Positions 30,760-41,460 are shown, counted from the first letter of the stretch. The stretch: 64,000 nucleotides of DNA from an uncultured delta proteobacterium (GCA_963810935.1 CAWEPK010000009.1:312562-376561), one strand, 5' to 3'. Notes: generated by a model not told the origin, from the sequence alone. Numbers and translations are program-made.

Positions 30760-30853
30760 GGGAATTTCTTTCCCTGATGCGGAATTATTTTCCGCCTCAG
30801 CACCTACATTTTGCCCGTTTTTCCTATTGAATCTCATGGCCTGGGGTTTGCAT
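30760..30853 (+). promoter_or_regulatory. sigma54 promoter with two upstream activator palindromes
   Basis: TGGC-N7-TTGCA (GG-N10-GC) at 30837-30852; GGAA-N5-TTCC palindromes starting at 30761 and 30781. Confidence 0.65.
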
Positions 30854-30910
30854 TAGACAGCTCAAGGCCATCCATCACCAAAGGAGCGGACGGCCCGAAA
30901 GGAGGTCCAC

Positions 30911-31354
30911 ATGGTAAGCGGCATTACAAGCGCGACCAACAATTGGAGCTCAACGTCCCAGTTGAAACAAGCTCTGTTCAACAAGCTCGACTCGAACAAG
31001 GACGGTGTGATCGACAAAACAGAGATCACGGCTGCCATGAGCGCCGGCAAGAAACGCTTGCACGGCTCCTCGAAGAACAGCCCCACCCTCGACCAGGCGT
31101 TCTCGAAGGTAGACACGAACGGAGACGGGGTAATCAGCCCCACCGAGCTCTCGGCCGCCCTGTCGAGCGGCGCGGCATCGGGCCTTTTCGGCGGCTCGAC
31201 CGCCTCCTTCGTAAACATGATCTCACCGGCAACCGGCAGCGCGAGCACCAACAGCACGGCGGCGGCGCAGAACAGGTCGACGAACAGCCTGCTGAAGAAT
31301 TATCTGACCCAGGTCGGCCAAATGGTGAAACAGGGTTTCACAGCAACCATTTAG
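30911..31354 (+). CDS. EF-hand calcium-binding protein
   Basis: DSNKDGVIDKTE and DTNGDGVISPTE loops; SD AAAGGAGG. Confidence 0.85.
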   Translation: MVSGITSATNNWSSTSQLKQALFNKLDSNKDGVIDKTEITAAMSAGKKRLHGSSKNSPTLDQAFSKVDTNGDGVISPTELSAALSSGAASGLFGGSTASFVNMISPATGSASTNSTAAAQNRSTNSLLKNYLTQVGQMVKQGFTATI

Positions 31355-31366
31355 GCGCGTTCTGTT

Positions 31367-32014
31367 TTAGAACCCCAGCGTCTCTCCCACCAGCAGGACG
31401 GTCATGTCCGTCCGCAGCGGTTTCTTGGCTAGAATAATGTAAATATTGCATATCCTCTGCGGCGAGGCGCAGTCCGCGCATTCACCCGTCTCGGCGCACG
31501 GCGTCTTATACGAGAGCCTGCGGGCGTTCATGGGTGACGTCCAATCCCGCGTCCGCGCCTCCGCCTCGGCAACGTCCTTGACGATCTTGTTCACCCCGCA
31601 CACGAGGATCACCTTTTTCGGGCCGAAAGTCATTGCGCACACCCGGTTTCCCGTGGCGTCTACGTTGAACAGCTCCCCCTCCTCGGTAACCGCATTGCTG
31701 CTTGCGAGGAAGACGTCCGCAGTCAGTATCTCTTTGCGCATCTTCAGCCCGTCCTCGGGCGAAAGCCCGGGCGTTCCGGGGTTAAGGAGCGTCACCTTAT
31801 GCTTTTTAACTTCGTCGAAAAAGCCGATCTGGGCAAGCGTCACGGAACCCCCGACGCCGACAGTCGCCCCTTCAGGCACCCTCGAAAAAATCTGCTTCAA
31901 CGCGTCGGCCGTATCCGGGGCATACACGGCGTCGAAATTATTCTTCTTCAAAGCTTCAATAGTCCTCTTTACCTGCAAGTCGCGATACCATTTCTCATAT
32001 TCAGTCGTCGCCAT
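31367..32014 (-). CDS. LUD-domain (lactate utilisation-like) protein
   Basis: VGVGGSVTL, SSNAVTEEGELFNVDATGNRV, GVNKIV, C-terminal CAETGECADC...RIC. Confidence 0.85.
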   Translation of the reverse strand: MATTEYEKWYRDLQVKRTIEALKKNNFDAVYAPDTADALKQIFSRVPEGATVGVGGSVTLAQIGFFDEVKKHKVTLLNPGTPGLSPEDGLKMRKEILTADVFLASSNAVTEEGELFNVDATGNRVCAMTFGPKKVILVCGVNKIVKDVAEAEARTRDWTSPMNARRLSYKTPCAETGECADCASPQRICNIYIILAKKPLRTDMTVLLVGETLGF

Positions 32015-32101
32015 GTCTCCTCCTTTTGCGGTGGGATACAATAGTTTAAAATGGCGGGAGTCAAAATACAATGAAAGTGCAAATGCGGACGAGAGAGTAT
32101 G

Positions 32102-32434
32102 CTATTCCCAGGCCTTCCACACGTCGGGTTGATAGCCTACCGTCGCATCCCGGCCGTTCCGCACGACGGGCGTTTTGAGAAGCAGGGCGTCCTTGAGGAT
32201 CTCGTCTTCGATGTCGTGGGTCAGGTACTTCAGGTTCTTACGGCCGTACGCCTTACCCTCGCGGTCGATAAGTTTATCAATGCCCACTGCAGCCTTGAGG
32301 ACGTTCAATTCTCCCCTGCTCAGACCCTTCTGCGCGATATCCACAAACTGGAAGGGGATCCTTCTTTCTTTGAAGTATCTTTGTGCTTTCTTCGTCTCCC
32401 GGCATTTGAGGGTGCCGAAAATTTGTATGTTCAA
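32102..32434 (-). CDS. ArsC/Spx-family thioredoxin-fold protein
   Basis: IQIFGTLKCRETKKAQRYFKERRI...LLKTPVVR; TTG start. Confidence 0.85.
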   Translation of the reverse strand: MNIQIFGTLKCRETKKAQRYFKERRIPFQFVDIAQKGLSRGELNVLKAAVGIDKLIDREGKAYGRKNLKYLTHDIEDEILKDALLLKTPVVRNGRDATVGYQPDVWKAWE

Positions 32435-32516
32435 GGAACCCCACTCACCCCATGATCACAGGGTTACTATCTCGTATCAACGGAGATTAGTGCGCATCGA
32501 GCCGGGGTGAAACCCA

Positions 32517-33272
32517 TCACCCTCGCCCTATGTAAGGCATCCTGGTCGCCATAATGGTCATGAACTGCACATTCGCATCGAGCGGCAGACTTGCCATGTA
32601 GACAACGGCTTTCGCGGCATGCTCGACGTCCATGGTAGGCTCCGGCGCGACGGCCCCATAAGGCTGGAGCATACCGGCATCGAACGGCGTCAGGTCGGTC
32701 GCCACGTTGCCGATATCGATCTGGCCGCACGCAATATCATACTTTCGGCCGTCAAGGGCCGTCGACTTGGTAAGGCCCGTCATAGCGTGCTTGGTGGCGG
32801 TATAGGCCACGGAGTGGGGGCGCGGGACGTGCGCGGAGACGGAACCGTTATTTATGATGCGCCCGCCACGGGGCGTCTGGTTCTTCATGAGCTTAAAGGC
32901 CTCCTGCGTGCACAGAAAGGCCCCGGTCAGGTTGGTGTCAACGGCGGCTTGCCATTGCTCGTACGTGAGGTCCTCCAGCGGGACGGGCGGCACGAAGATC
33001 CCGGCGTTGTTGAATAATAAGTCGAGGCGGCCGAAAGTCTCCCGGGTCTTTGCGAAGAGGGCGCGCACCCCGTCTCGATCGCGCACATCGGTCGGCGCCA
33101 CCAACGCCCGCGAGGCAAGCGGCCCGGCTTCCGTTACAGTCTTCTCCAACGATTCCACCCTTCGTCCGGCCAGGACAACGCAGTAGCCTTCCCGCAACAA
33201 AGCAAGCGCCGCACACTTGCCGATCCCGCTTCCCGCTCCCGTCACGATCGCTACCTTTCCGGATTCGCTCAT
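32517..33272 (-). CDS. Short-chain dehydrogenase/reductase
   Basis: [22 protein letters not shown]. Confidence 0.93.
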   Translation of the reverse strand: MSESGKVAIVTGAGSGIGKCAALALLREGYCVVLAGRRVESLEKTVTEAGPLASRALVAPTDVRDRDGVRALFAKTRETFGRLDLLFNNAGIFVPPVPLEDLTYEQWQAAVDTNLTGAFLCTQEAFKLMKNQTPRGGRIINNGSVSAHVPRPHSVAYTATKHAMTGLTKSTALDGRKYDIACGQIDIGNVATDLTPFDAGMLQPYGAVAPEPTMDVEHAAKAVVYMASLPLDANVQFMTIMATRMPYIGRG

Positions 33273-33651
33273 AGGGTCTCTCCCCCACAGTATTATTGAC
33301 CGTACGTCATTGGGCGAACATCATCATTCGCTCCCATTTTATGGTCATGAACAAGGGCAGGTCAAGAAATAGTTGCGTGTTGAATGGCTTGAGGCGCGCC
33401 TCCGGCCGCAACCGCCGCTAACGAATAAAGAGCATTATTGGGCGGTGGTAAGAGCGGGTGGTACTATATTTGCGGGGTGGGATACTAAATGCACAGGTCG
33501 GGATTCGACCTGTCGGACTGTGCCGGCTCGCGTAGTGATTTCTTCATGAAGTATTGACTTTGAATTACTTTCGATTCATGCAATAGTATAAGTGACAATC
33601 GATAGGCGGACCGGCCGCGCTGCATAGTTGTTGTTACCCATAGGTACGCTG

Positions 33652-34256
33652 ATGAAGATGAAGATCGCTATACTTGGCTGGGGGTCGTTGATATGGGATA
33701 AACAACCCGAATTCGACAACCAGCACGCGGATGATTGGCAATATGATGGCCCGTGCTTGAAGCTCGAGTTTTCGAGGGTTTCAGAGCGGCGCAACAACGC
33801 CTTGACTCTGGTGCTCGATCCTGACAATGGGAAATGCTGCCGAGTCGCTTACACGTTAAGCCGACGCGAAAACCCCGACGACACCATCTGCGAAATCTGC
33901 GGTGCCGTGAAGGCACGATACTCAAGAATGTTGGTTTCTGGTTTGCCGACAAGAGCAAGGAAAACAGCCGTGATCCAAAGTCGCTGGAGGCGATACAACG
34001 ATGGGCCTCGGAGAAAAAACTCGACGTCGTTATCTGGACAGACTTGGAGAGCAATTTCAAAGAGAAGGGCAAGTTCCCCAAGAAGAGCGAGGATAACGGC
34101 CTGTTCTCTTGTTGAAAATGCTCTTGCTCATCTTCAAGCTCTCGACCCCGAGGGAAAGACGAAAGCCGCAGAGTACGTACGGCGTGCCCCTGATTTGTCA
34201 AAACCCCGCTTCGTGAGGCATTGCAGTTATGGCCATGGTTTCACGAAAATGGTTAA
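33652..34256 (+). CDS. Hypothetical protein with GWGSL motif (possibly gamma-glutamylcyclotransferase-like fold); about 3 indels
   Basis: Reconstructed across frames: MKIAILGWGSLIWD...LEFSRVS...LTLV...LRCREG...VVIWTDLESNF...AAEYVRRAPD(F)VKTPLREAL. Confidence 0.65.
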
Positions 34257-34312
34257 CCAAACCTTGTATCGAATGAACACCTTGGAAACTCTCTAAGAGG
34301 AATGGCACTACG

Positions 34313-36061
34313 ATGAAATCGTTTCCCATACGAGTCAACCTGATCATTATTCTACTGGTTTTATTTATTCCCCATCTCGTATCCGCTCAATCAAAAACCT
34401 TCATCAAAGAATATACCTACCAGGCCAGCGAGGCCGATAGCAAACTATCATGCAGGACAATCGCCCTTGAACAAGTAAAAAGATTACTCCTTGAGGAACT
34501 TGGAGTTTACCTTATAAGTAAGACTGAAGTGAGAAATTATCAGCTCGCCACGGATACAGTCACTTCTATAACAGCGGGTATAGTCAGCACTCAAATCATA
34601 GATGAAAACTGGAACGGTGAGAAGTATTACCTCAAGGCAAAAATAACGGCAGACACGGATGAAGTATCCAAAGCGGTCAAAAACATCGGCAGCGACAGCG
34701 AGGATAGGAAGGCGTTACAAGAAACCCGAGAGAGGGCGGATAAAGCATTACTGGAAATCGAAAGGCTCAAGAAAGAATTGGCCACTCTCAAGCAAGACAA
34801 GGACAAGCTAAAGGCGTACGTGAAGGCAGTAGACGAGTTAAAATCAACCGACCTATTCCTGAAAGGCTACGCGTTATTGGAGTCCAAGAAGTGGGCCGAA
34901 GCAGTTGATGCTTTCGACAAGGTTCTGGGCATGGACCCCCTCTATGTGCACGCTTACAACTATAGGGGCGTGGCTTACCGTGCACAGAAACAATATGATA
35001 GGGCTCTTAAAGACTTCGACCGTACCCTTGAATTAGACCCCAGTTATGCTAAGGCCATATTCAATAAGGGTTCGCTTTACATGGCTCAAAAGAATTACGA
35101 TAAGGCCATAGAGAGCTTCAGCCGTGTGATAGAGATAGGTTATGGTAACCACTCCGACTTGGATCGGAAGGCTGCCGTGTTGTACGTTGCTTATGTCCAC
35201 TACGGTAGGGGGTGTGCTTATCTTGCTCAAAAAAAATATGCAGTGGCTATAGAAGACTTCAGCCAAGCTTTGGAGATCGCCGCGCCGTTCCTTCCGAAGC
35301 TGCATGCGCTTCCCTCGGAGAGATCGCCGCTACAACACTTCACCGGGGATTTTCGCTTGGCCCCGACAAGGCCTAACGATGACGAGATATTGTTTTACTG
35401 GGCTGAGGTCTATATGTTCAGGGGTGGCGCCTATCGTATGCTCAAGCAATGCGACAAGGCCATCGACGACATCGGCCGCGCACTGGAAATAGACCCAAAA
35501 TTTGCCCTTGCCTACCAGGAGAGAGGACAAGTCTATCTTAACTTAGGTAAGGTCGCCCCGGCCTGCGCGGACCTGAAAACGGCCTGCGATTTGGGTGTCT
35601 GTAAAGGCAACGACTTGGCAAGAGATAAGAAATATTGCGACAATGGGGTTCCGAGTCAGCACATGCTTGTCAGACAGGATTTCCTAAAATATCTGAGAGC
35701 AATAGCTATACCAGAACAGAAAGAGGCCATTGATGCCTATGCGAGTATCTCTGGAAAGAACTACAGAGGCGATGATGCTTTTGCTGATGTCCTCGCCAGT
35801 TCCGTACTGCCCAAATACGGGATTGTTATCCGGGCAATGGGCAACATTGCGCCAGAAACTACCGAAGTCCGACAGCTTCACTCATTGCTTCTTGAAGGGG
35901 CAAACAATCAAATGGAAGGCTTTACAACGATGCTATCCGGTGCGCAATTGCATAGCAAGGAGACAGTAGACTTGGGCAATGAGAAACTGATCCGAGGGAA
36001 ACAAAAGATTCAGCTGTTTAACGACGAAGTGAAAGCGATGAAGGAACAGTATTTAAATTAA
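34313..36061 (+). CDS. Secreted tetratricopeptide-repeat protein
   Basis: Signal peptide (VSA-Q), coiled coil, several TPR units (AYNYRGVAY...ALKDFDRTLELDP), extra C-terminal helical domain. Confidence 0.88.
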   Translation: MKSFPIRVNLIIILLVLFIPHLVSAQSKTFIKEYTYQASEADSKLSCRTIALEQVKRLLLEELGVYLISKTEVRNYQLATDTVTSITAGIVSTQIIDENWNGEKYYLKAKITADTDEVSKAVKNIGSDSEDRKALQETRERADKALLEIERLKKELATLKQDKDKLKAYVKAVDELKSTDLFLKGYALLESKKWAEAVDAFDKVLGMDPLYVHAYNYRGVAYRAQKQYDRALKDFDRTLELDPSYAKAIFNKGSLYMAQKNYDKAIESFSRVIEIGYGNHSDLDRKAAVLYVAYVHYGRGCAYLAQKKYAVAIEDFSQALEIAAPFLPKLHALPSERSPLQHFTGDFRLAPTRPNDDEILFYWAEVYMFRGGAYRMLKQCDKAIDDIGRALEIDPKFALAYQERGQVYLNLGKVAPACADLKTACDLGVCKGNDLARDKKYCDNGVPSQHMLVRQDFLKYLRAIAIPEQKEAIDAYASISGKNYRGDDAFADVLASSVLPKYGIVIRAMGNIAPETTEVRQLHSLLLEGANNQMEGFTTMLSGAQLHSKETVDLGNEKLIRGKQKIQLFNDEVKAMKEQYLN

Positions 36062-36309
36062 GTATTTCATTTGGCTCCGTCATCGGCAAGTGGACAAAGA
36101 GGGTAAAAGTGCACACAAGCAGGATCATCATCTTAAGCATGTGAATGTTGTTTTATGTATGCCTTCCAGAAATAGGAATCAAGCCGATGTAGAGCTATTG
36201 ACTGATCGAGCAATCGTAGAGGAATTGAAATTGTGAAATAATAAAGTCGAAGGAGTTACTCTCAAGACAGGTTGTATTCCTACGCTTCTTAAGGAAAAAG
36301 GGGCCGATC

Positions 36310-36585
36310 ATGATAGCACAAGCAAAAATAGACGCTGTTAAAGAATACCTGCAAAGTGAGTTTCCGGGTTTTGCGGTGGACGATAAGGACGATTTTGAAC
36401 GCCAGTCCTGGAAGTTCAGCGTGGCAGGCGGTTCTGCCATCTATATTGTAAAATTTGAAAGGCCGTTCTGGGACGACACTGACGATGTAAAAAACATTTT
36501 GGAGCTCTTTGAACTCAGCAAGTTCATGAAAGATAACCGGGGTCAACAAGTCTTTGTGACAAGACATGGCTTGACGGTGTTCTAA
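36310..36585 (+). CDS. Hypothetical protein (91 aa)
   Basis: SD AAGGGG then ATG; protein-like composition in the AT-richer patch. Confidence 0.6.
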   Translation: MIAQAKIDAVKEYLQSEFPGFAVDDKDDFERQSWKFSVAGGSAIYIVKFERPFWDDTDDVKNILELFELSKFMKDNRGQQVFVTRHGLTVF

Positions 36586-36848
36586 CTATTGCCGGAGCGT
36601 GAGCAATGATCCTGGATATGGGATAAGAAAAACTGGCCTCTCTGTCGAGTCGTGTCCGTCGCTTAGTCATTCTTTCAATCGCAAATCGGTAATTATGAAT
36701 ACCGACCGTTGCTAACCCTTCGTTGTCAGTAACAGTAAATCCTAAATATTCTTACATTCTCCGTAATATCGAGTTTCAGTTTTTACAATTATCACGGTGT
36801 TAGTGACCATTCCGAAGTGGATAGTGCATATAGGGCTTTGGTCTATAC

Positions 36849-36983
36849 GGGCCTGCAGCCGGGAGATTTTCAGTGGAATTCGCGTTGCTTTTCGACGAAG
36901 CGAGCCGGAGCATACGGTTTGTGTATGTGAGGACTCGCGCCCGAGAAAACGACGCGAAGGCCGCGAAAATATCCCGGCCGCCC
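36849..36983. repeat. ~130-bp imperfect palindrome (MITE/RPE-like element candidate)
   Basis: Nested arms GCCGGGAGATTTTC/GAAAATATCCCGGC, TTCGCGTTG/CGACGCGAA, CGAG/CTCG, CATAC/GTATG. Confidence 0.7.
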
Positions 36984-37030
36984 TCTTAGTTGACAACCGG
37001 ACGGCTCTGTTGTACAAGATAGTAGAACAT

Positions 37031-37195
37031 TATAGCGTTCAGGTGCACGCTGCTTAATAGGGAATCCCGTGAAAATCGGGAGCGGTCCCGCCGCTGTGAT
37101 CCCGTTAGTGTGCCTCTGCCTTCTAAGGCCACTGTCCGCAAGTGAGCGGGCGGGAAGGCGGGTAGGGGTCGGGAGAGCCAGAAGACCTGCCTGCG
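37031..37195 (+). ncRNA. Cobalamin riboswitch
   Basis: AGGTG...TTAATAGGGAATCCCGTGAAAATCGGGAGCGGTCCCGCCGCTGT...GCCACTG...GGGAAGGC...AGCCAGAAGACCTGCC (B12 box); upstream of the cob operon. Confidence 0.96.
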
Positions 37196-37256
37196 ACGCA
37201 AGAAGATAAGTGCCTTCTCGTGGCTTGGAAGGCGGGGATGAAGTAAACCAGGGTGC

Positions 37257-37291
37257 AATCCCCAAAGGCATTATGCCTTGGGGATTTTTTT
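37257..37291 (+). terminator. Riboswitch expression-platform terminator
   Basis: AATCCCCAA-AGGCAT/ATGCC-TTGGGGATT stem plus T-run just before cobU. Confidence 0.85.
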
Positions 37292-37303
37292 ATGGGTGAT
37301 CGA

Positions 37304-37823
37304 ATGGCCAAAGTGATTTTCGTTACAGGGGGCTCGCGGAGCGGAAAGACCTCGTTCGCCCTGATGGAGGGCGCAAAAGCGGCAGGCGGCGGCCGCAAGG
37401 TCTACATAGCCACTGCCCAGGCCCTCGATGCGGAAATGGCTGATAGGATCGACAAACACAAGTTGGAGAGGGGCAGCGCCTGGGAGACCGTCGAGGAGCC
37501 CATCCACCTGGACAGGGCGCTCGGCGAATGCGGCCCCGCCTCGGTAGTCGTGATCGACTGCCTTACCCTCTGGCTTTCCAACCTGCTTTGCGGATCAGTT
37601 GCCGTCGAGGAGGCGCAGGACGCGCTGGTCGCGGCCCTGGCTGCGTGCGACGGGCAGGCTCTGTATTTACATCGTATCGAACGAAGTCGGCATGGGGATA
37701 GTGCCTGAGAACGAAATGGCAAGGCTCTTCAGGGACGCGGCGGGCAGGCTGAACCAGGCGGTCGCACGAGCCTCCGATGAAGTCTACCTGATGGTCTCTG
37801 GCCTGCCCGTAAAAATAAAATAG
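37304..37823 (+). CDS. cobU: Adenosylcobinamide kinase/guanylyltransferase; +1 frameshift near 37660
   Basis: [23 protein letters not shown] / [11 protein letters not shown]...[10 protein letters not shown]. Confidence 0.92.
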
Positions 37824-37861
37824 AGACGCCCCCGGATGGGGGCCGATATGGAGGCGTGCAA

Positions 37862-38923
37862 ATGAAAGCGAAAGGGATTGTGCCGGACATCGTACCCGTC
37901 GGGGAAGAGCTTATCGCAAAGGCGCAGGCGCGGCTCGACGATCTGACAAAGCCCGTCGGCAGCCTCGGAAGGCTGGAAGAGTTCGCCCGCAGGGTCGTCG
38001 CCATAACGGGCGAGGCGATGCCCGCCATCGATAAAAAAGTCATATTCACCTTTGCGGGCGACCACGGCGTCGTCGCGGAAGGCGTCTCCGCATACCCGAG
38101 CGAGGTGACGCCCCAGATGGTTTTCAATTTCTTAAACGGCGGCGCGGGGATAAATGTGCTTGCCCGCCACGCCGGGGCGGACGTTGTCGTCGTCGATATC
38201 GGCGTCGATTATGTCTTCGAAGAGACGCCCGGCCTCGTTATGCGCAAGGTGATGCGGGGCACGAGGAACATGCTCGCCGAGCCTGCGATGACGAGGGAAG
38301 AGGCGGAAAGCTGCCTGAAGGTCGGCATCGACCTGGCCTACGAGTACGCGGGAAAGGGCTATAAGTTTTTCGGCACGGGCGACATGGGCATCGGCAACAC
38401 GACCCCGTCTTCCGCCATCGCCGCAGTCCTGACAGGCAAAGGCGCAGCAGAGGTGACGGGCCGGGGCACGGGCATATCGGACGGCGTGCTTGCGAGGAAG
38501 GTAGAGGTAATAAACGAGAGCATAAGGCTGCGTAAGCCTGACCCGAAAGACGCGATAGACGTGCTCGCAAAGGTGGGCGGCACGGAGATAGGCGGTATCG
38601 CCGGCCTGATCCTCGGCGCTGCCGCAAAAAGGGTGCCGGTCGTCATAGACGGCCTCATATCGACCGCCGGAGCGGCTATCGCGTACGCCCTCGCGCCGGA
38701 GACCGCCGATTATATGTTTGCGGCGCATGCCTCCGTCGAGATAGGCCAGAAGGCGATGCTCGACAAAATGGGGCTTGTCCCCATACTCGACCTCCGGATG
38801 AGGCTCGGCGAAGGCACGGGGGCGGCGCTGGCGATGCTGCTGGTCGAGGGAGGCATTAAGATATACAAAGAAATGGCTACGTTCAGCGAGGCGGGTGTCT
38901 CGGGCGAGCTGCCCAACTCGTAA
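37862..38923 (+). CDS. cobT: Nicotinate-nucleotide--dimethylbenzimidazole phosphoribosyltransferase
   Basis: [45 protein letters not shown]. Confidence 0.96.
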   Translation: MKAKGIVPDIVPVGEELIAKAQARLDDLTKPVGSLGRLEEFARRVVAITGEAMPAIDKKVIFTFAGDHGVVAEGVSAYPSEVTPQMVFNFLNGGAGINVLARHAGADVVVVDIGVDYVFEETPGLVMRKVMRGTRNMLAEPAMTREEAESCLKVGIDLAYEYAGKGYKFFGTGDMGIGNTTPSSAIAAVLTGKGAAEVTGRGTGISDGVLARKVEVINESIRLRKPDPKDAIDVLAKVGGTEIGGIAGLILGAAAKRVPVVIDGLISTAGAAIAYALAPETADYMFAAHASVEIGQKAMLDKMGLVPILDLRMRLGEGTGAALAMLLVEGGIKIYKEMATFSEAGVSGELPNS

Positions 38924-38937
38924 GGAGCGCACGTATA

Positions 38938-40468
38938 GTGAAAGGCAGGACTGCAAAATCCCTGATGGTGCAGGGCACCGGGTCGGGTGCGGGCAAGAGC
39001 CTCCTCGTCGCGGGCCTGTGCAGGATATTCAGGGACGAAGGCGTGAACGTGGCGCCTTTCAAGGCGCAGAACATGGCCCTCAATTCCTACGTCACCGCTG
39101 ACGGAGGCGAGATGGGGCGCGCGCAGGTGCTCCAGGCGGAAGCGGCGTGCATCGACCCGACGATAGACATGAACCCTGTGCTCCTGAAGGCCTCCGGCGA
39201 TATGGGGTCGCAGGTGATTATCCACGGTCGCCCCTTGCGGCACATGTCCGCAAGAGAATATTACAGTTACAGGGAGACGGCGTGGGATGCAGTAAAGAAG
39301 TCCTACGCCCGCCTTTCGAAGAGATACGACCTGATAATTATGGAAGGGGCGGGAAGCCCGGCAGAGATCAACCTGATGGACGTTGACATCGTCAATATGG
39401 CCTCCGCGCGTCTCGCCCGCGCGCCGGTGCTCCTTGTGGGCGACATCGACAAAGGGGGCGTCTTCGCATCCCTTTACGGCACGGTAAAACTCACAGGCAA
39501 GGACGGGGCCCGCATCAAGGCCTTTATCATCAATAAATTCAGGGGCGACGTGGGCCTGCTCGACCCCGGCCTCAAAATGATAGAAGCAAAGACCGGCAAA
39601 CCGGTGATAGGCGTGCTTCCGTATGTATCCGACATGGGGTTGCCGGAGGAGGACAGCCTGGCGCTCCGCAACGGCACGCACGCAAGGGGGGACGGCACGC
39701 TCAGGGTCGTCGTGGTCCGCCTTCCTTATATTTCCAACTTCACCGATTTCGACCCATTTTTCTGCGAGCCGGACGTGCAGCTAGTCTACTCCATGAACCC
39801 GGCAGACATAGAGAACGCGGACCTGCTCATCATACCCGGCTCCAAGAACACAGTGAAAGACCTGCTTTTTCTTAAAGAGCGGGGCATAGACTTGAGCATA
39901 CGCCGGGCGGCAGAAAAAGGCGGCCGCATCGCAGCGATCTGCGGCGGTTATCAGATGGCAGGCAGGCTGATACGCGACCCGGAGCACGTCGAAAGCAGCC
40001 ACGACGAGATGGAGGGCCTGGGTCTTCTGGACATAGAGACGCTTTTCGGCCCGACGAAGACTACCTGCCAGGCGGAAGTGCGCATCGTGAGCGGGCCTTT
40101 CGGCATCTGCGCATCCCGAGACCGGGCAATTGAAGGGCTACGAGATACACATGGGTGAGAGCACGGGCGACATAGGTCTCTTCGAGATAAAACGGCTCTC
40201 CACGCTGGAAGGAGCAAAGACAGGCACGGCCGCCCTCCTCGACGGCTCCCAAAAAGGCGGCTGCTTCGGCACGTATCTCCACGGCATTTTCGAAAACGAC
40301 GGCTTCAGGCGCTCGCTCCTCAACGGCCTGAGGGGACAAAAGGGCCTCACCCCGCTGCCCGCAGCAGTCTCCTACGGCCGATTGAAGGACGAGGCAATAG
40401 ACAGGCTGGCCCGGCTTTTGAGAGAGCACCTGGACATGGCCTTCATAAGGAGGCTTATCGCGCAATGA
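38938..40468 (+). CDS. cbiP: Cobyric acid synthase; +1 frameshift near 40110-40130
   Basis: QGTGSGAGKS, PFKAQNMALNS, EGAGSPAEINL, ISNFTDFD, ICGGYQM / GYEIHMG, GTYLHGIF. Confidence 0.94.
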
Positions 40469-41460
40469 TCGCGCCCGCCTACCTTGCAGCCGCATTTCTA
40501 CTGGACCTCGCCATAGGGGACCCCCGATGGCTGCCCCATCCCGTGCAGGTCGTCGGTAAGGCGGTTGTCGTCCTCGAATCGCTCCTGCGGCGCTTGCTCG
40601 GCCCCCTCCATGAGATTGCGGCAGGCGTCATCCTCGTCTGCATCATCGTGCCGGGCACGTGGATTGTGACCTTTGCGGTTGCCCATTTCCTCCTCTCGCT
40701 TTCAACGGGCCTTTTGTCCGTAATCGGCGTATGCCTGTTCGTCTACCTCGTATCTACCACCCTTGCCCTGCGCGGCTTGATTGCCTCCGCCAGGCTCGTC
40801 ATCATCGCGGTAAAGCAGAAGCGGATGGCGGACGCCAGGCGCAGCCTCGCGATGATCGTAGGCAGGAACACGCAAGGCCTCGAAGAAGAGGCCGTGCTCA
40901 AGGCCACGGTGGAGACCCTCGCGGAGAACCTGTCGGACGGGTTTGTAGCGCCCCTGCTCTATCTGGCCATAGGCGGGCTTCCCCTCGGCATGGCGTATAA
41001 GGCGGTCAATACGCTCGACTCGATGGTGGGCTACAAAAACGCCCGGTACATACGGTTCGGCAGGGCTGCGGCAAAGCTCGACGATGTCGCGAATTATATC
41101 CCCGCCCGCATGGCGGGCCTTGCCATAGGGGTCGCTGCCTTTTTATATTTCCTGCCTTCCGGGATGAAGCGGGCCTCATCCGCCGCCCGTGAGTCCCTCG
41201 CCGTTATGCGCAGGGACGGCAGGAAACATACGAGCCCCAATTCCGGCGTGCCGGAGGCAGCCATGGCAGGCGCGCTGGGCGTGCAACTGGGCGGCCCTTC
41301 CCTATATGGCGGCGTGTTCGTCGAGAAGCCCCATATCGGTGACGGACACGGGGCCGACTATATCCGGTCCGCCGACGCAGCAGTCGCGCTGGTCGTAACA
41401 GCCGCGTCGCTCACCCTTGTGCTTGCCCTTCTCGCCCTTACCGTGGGGAGGGCGTCATGA
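40465..41460 (+). CDS. cbiB: Adenosylcobinamide-phosphate synthase
   Basis: GDPRWLPHPV, ETLAENLSDG, YKAVNTLDSMVGY, SPNSGVPEAAMAGAL. Confidence 0.95.
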   Translation: MIAPAYLAAAFLLDLAIGDPRWLPHPVQVVGKAVVVLESLLRRLLGPLHEIAAGVILVCIIVPGTWIVTFAVAHFLLSLSTGLLSVIGVCLFVYLVSTTLALRGLIASARLVIIAVKQKRMADARRSLAMIVGRNTQGLEEEAVLKATVETLAENLSDGFVAPLLYLAIGGLPLGMAYKAVNTLDSMVGYKNARYIRFGRAAAKLDDVANYIPARMAGLAIGVAAFLYFLPSGMKRASSAARESLAVMRRDGRKHTSPNSGVPEAAMAGALGVQLGGPSLYGGVFVEKPHIGDGHGADYIRSADAAVALVVTAASLTLVLALLALTVGRAS

